Shown: piece by piece, positions 61,319 through 64,000 of the stretch
Layout of the letters: the number at the start of each line of letters is the position of its first letter
Numbering within the stretch: the stretch's first letter is position 1
Origin: Bifidobacterium sp.
GTDB taxonomy: Bacteria; Actinomycetota; Actinomycetes; Actinomycetales; Bifidobacteriaceae
Assembly (NCBI RefSeq): GCF_022647885.1
Contig: NZ_JALCLM010000001.1
Coordinates: forward strand, 1,656,610 to 1,720,609
Direction: 5' to 3'
Length of the DNA: 64,000 bases
The notes under the pieces: model-generated
What the model was told of the DNA's origin: nothing
Seen by the model: only the letters and a program-made list of their open reading frames with translations
Databases searched by the model: none
Program-made: the position numbers and the translations under genes

Positions 61319-63034
61319 TCATCTCATAGCTCTACTTGTCGCAGACCGCTCGACTACTGTGCCTGCGTGCACAGTGGAGACATGCGAGAAGGAAACAGTC
61401 TGAACTGTTGACTGTTCATTAATGCCAATCAAAGAAACCTCACAACGCAACAAACCATGAGTGCAATCTACAGTCCAAGAAAACGAGGCAGGCGAATATG
61501 AGTGACAGTTGTGGATATGCAGATTTCCATCCGCAAACAACTTAGGAAGTCCTGTGAACCCAATCTCCTGAGCTAACACCCTTGCTCTACTTTCAAGAGT
61601 GGCATCCAACACAACATTTGAAGACCACAATCCTGTGGTAGGTATTAAGGCCTGTTGACATGCTGAAGCTAGCGTGCTGATATCTGTGGGACATAACGCG
61701 TCACCACAATGTGATGTAGTCGCAAGAAACTCCAATGCACCATTGACTTCATTAACCGCATGCCATGTCTCCGGCCACAATGCGACACGCCTGCCTACAC
61801 TTTCAGATAAAGACAACACCATTCGCAGCGCGCTACCGGCTTGTATACCCGGCTCGGCATATCGACCATTGGCCAACACCACTACACCCAAACCAGAATC
61901 AAGATGCCAACGCATATGTGAACCATAGCCGGGGTAACCGCCGGAATGATAGGCAATATCACCATAATCAACGTCGTGTTCGACTATCAGTCCATAGCCA
62001 TATGACTCAATGCTCGAAGCTGTGCGTACGGCGTGCCCAGCACTGTCTCCACACCGAAGCACTGGTGGAATTGGAGTATGCCCCTGTTGCATCAGGCTTC
62101 TCATTGATGGTGAAAGCACTGTGCCCGAAGGCTCACCACTAGCTGTGTATGCCAGATTCTCCGACAAATTCGATGCTTCCAAATAGCGACACCATTTCGA
62201 CACATCGCGAACAGAACTCAACACCCCGCCAATCGCTGAAAAGGCGCCTGGTTCAGTAAACTCTTCCTTCACCCAGTAGGCACCTTGTCCCGATTGCTGG
62301 TGATGCCGATGATAACCAGGTTGCAAGTTGTCAGGATTTACCCGTCGCCAGTCATAGCTCGTATCTGTCAAAGCCAGTGGAATCAAGAAGTATCTACTGA
62401 CGTATTCAGGAAGCGATATGCCCGAGACTGTGTGAACGAGCTCTCCCAGAATGGCATATCCGAGATTTGAGTAAGCATAGTGCCTGCCAGGAGCATATGC
62501 CGGACGTATCCCAGTGCCCAACAAAGTCAGAAAAGCGTTGCGAGACATCGACTCCTGTCGATCTGCCCATGCGTCATCTTCTACGAGCCCCGATGACATC
62601 GACAACAGATGATGAACGGTTATCTCAGTGGACGCACCAGTTAAGCCGCTGCTCGTCAAAGTGTCAAGAATCCGCATACGAGGCAGGTAGTCTCGCACGG
62701 GAGCATGAAGATTCAGCGCACCTTGTTCTGCCAGTCTCAACACTGCCGCTGCAGTGAAGCTTTTAGACATAGAAGCGATTCGGAACACTGAACGTTCGTT
62801 TAGAGCTCTCGGGACGCTACCTGCTGCAGCATCACCCCAGGAGAGAAGCATCCCTTGAGTATCAAAAATTCCTATTGCATAAGCAGGAGCTTTTTGTTCA
62901 CTCAGTAAACTCGACATTATATGTCGAAGTTCAGCGAGAGCCTCTTGATTGAGTGCCTTCTGCAATTGTTGATGCATTTTGGTGGCATCACTGCTATATG
63001 ACTCTACCGAATGATCAACAGCTATCCACCCCAT
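61319..63034 (-). CDS. Serine hydrolase, beta-lactamase class C / D-peptidase-like, with C-terminal extension
   Basis: SxxK (ASMSKSF), YxN (YSNLGY), HSGGYPG. No signal peptide. Confidence 0.88.
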   Translation of the reverse strand: MGWIAVDHSVESYSSDATKMHQQLQKALNQEALAELRHIMSSLLSEQKAPAYAIGIFDTQGMLLSWGDAAAGSVPRALNERSVFRIASMSKSFTAAAVLRLAEQGALNLHAPVRDYLPRMRILDTLTSSGLTGASTEITVHHLLSMSSGLVEDDAWADRQESMSRNAFLTLLGTGIRPAYAPGRHYAYSNLGYAILGELVHTVSGISLPEYVSRYFLIPLALTDTSYDWRRVNPDNLQPGYHRHHQQSGQGAYWVKEEFTEPGAFSAIGGVLSSVRDVSKWCRYLEASNLSENLAYTASGEPSGTVLSPSMRSLMQQGHTPIPPVLRCGDSAGHAVRTASSIESYGYGLIVEHDVDYGDIAYHSGGYPGYGSHMRWHLDSGLGVVVLANGRYAEPGIQAGSALRMVLSLSESVGRRVALWPETWHAVNEVNGALEFLATTSHCGDALCPTDISTLASACQQALIPTTGLWSSNVVLDATLESRARVLAQEIGFTGLPKLFADGNLHIHNCHSYSPASFSWTVDCTHGLLRCEVSLIGINEQSTVQTVSFSHVSTVHAGTVVERSATSRAMR

Positions 63035-63198
63035 CGCTACTCCTTAACTGAATCTAGTTGGTCAGGAAGGCTTTACGCTTCGCAACTGTGAAAAACTACT
63101 GGCACTATTGCACCGAGCAGAATTGTTGTACATATTCGTTGCACAACATATTCATCGCAAGAATTATCGATCGCATTGATTATTCATCACGCAGAACG

Positions 63199-64000
63199 TC
63201 AATCACGCGCCAGTACTGGAACAGCATCGGGAATTGCTGTGTCACTACTCACTTTGGGCGTTAAACGATGATCGATTGCTGCATATTGTGTACCATCCAC
63301 TGTAGTAATAACCGCTATTTCTGTGGGGTTCACGCGATCCGGTCGCTGTACGAGGAAGTGTCCCGAAGAACTGCGAAACAAAGACACAGTTAGACGAGTG
63401 CCATAGGGACCATCATCATCCTCAGGCTCAAAAACAACCTGAATGCCTGTCTCGCCTCCAGCGATCATATAGAAGGTAACTCCATAACGCCTATAGGTGC
63501 CGAGCAGGTCGTGAATAGTTGCATCGTCAATGGGCTCATTGCTGTATAGCACTTCAGGGCGTGGCTCAATTCCCCATCGTCGAGTCACCTCGGCACTTAG
63601 CGTCGTTGACATTTGCGAACCTGAATCTGCATTCGTCAACACACATAAAGCAGTCTGTCGCTCGGGAAACACCACGAGGTATGCGCGCTGTCCTTCGGTT
63701 GCCCCTGAATGCCCGAAAGCCTGAGTTTTCCCCCAATTGGGAAGTTGCCATCCCAAGGCCCATCCAATATTTTCTATTCCCTGGCTCGCGAGACTCACGC
63801 TTAGCGAGGTCATAGCATGAGTTGCAGATTCAGATAGCAATCGCACTCCATTAGGAGCGACACCTCCATTAAGAAATATCGACGCGAAACCGAGAACATC
63901 CTTGATACACGCGCTGACGGATCCACAAGGTCCCACGCATCGAGGTAATTGCCAAACATCAACGCTTTGCACAGGAGGCGGGTTTATCGCTACATCATTT
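63199..64000 (-). CDS. Second serine hydrolase (beta-lactamase-like), 5' part outside the window
   Basis: Frame is open to the window edge; WALGW, FGHSGATEG..AYL..FPE...ALCVLTN. Confidence 0.78.
   Translation of the reverse strand, partial: NDVAINPPPVQSVDVWQLPRCVGPCGSVSACIKDVLGFASIFLNGGVAPNGVRLLSESATHAMTSLSVSLASQGIENIGWALGWQLPNWGKTQAFGHSGATEGQRAYLVVFPERQTALCVLTNADSGSQMSTTLSAEVTRRWGIEPRPEVLYSNEPIDDATIHDLLGTYRRYGVTFYMIAGGETGIQVVFEPEDDDGPYGTRLTVSLFRSSSGHFLVQRPDRVNPTEIAVITTVDGTQYAAIDHRLTPKVSSDTAIPDAVPVLARD

Noticed and set aside
61319-63034. Antibiotic resistance beta-lactamase call
   Set aside because: No signal peptide and an atypical length; the family is dominated by peptidases and esterases, so resistance is not supported by sequence alone.

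Overview
64 kb of chromosome from a Bifidobacteriaceae-type actinobacterium. The lineage is inferred from tig-clpP1-clpP2-clpX and rnd-DUF3000-pflA-pflB-nadE synteny and from LAxTG sortase signals; GC looks roughly 50% by eye. There is no rRNA, tRNA, CRISPR array, transposase, integrase or phage gene that I can recognise. Core blocks are interleaved with accessory genes: three sortase-anchored surface proteins (LRR protein, choice-of-anchor-A-like adhesin with a PTTTE stalk, double-domain PAP2 phosphatase), a fructan-type ABC/GH32 locus, a LacI/GH13 pair, an oleate hydratase, a TPP-riboswitch-controlled orphan ECF S component, and a serine hydrolase/aminotransferase/Lrp cluster. Three observations stand out. 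(1) Four dispersed 114-128 bp intergenic elements share terminal inverted repeats (CGTTTGTGTAGGGAT...ATCCCTACACAAACG); three have a central dyad, and their interiors are copy-specific, with arm self-complementarity clear in two copies. (2) A DUF1445 - pxpA - pxpBC - biotin carboxylase/BCCP - DUF4392 cluster encodes both halves of the eukaryotic D-glutamate cyclase as separate genes around an oxoprolinase/urea-carboxylase-like core. (3) A G11 tract puts the signal peptide of the LRR surface protein out of frame by one base, a candidate phase-variable OFF state. Family assignments come from motif recognition by eye, not from database searches.
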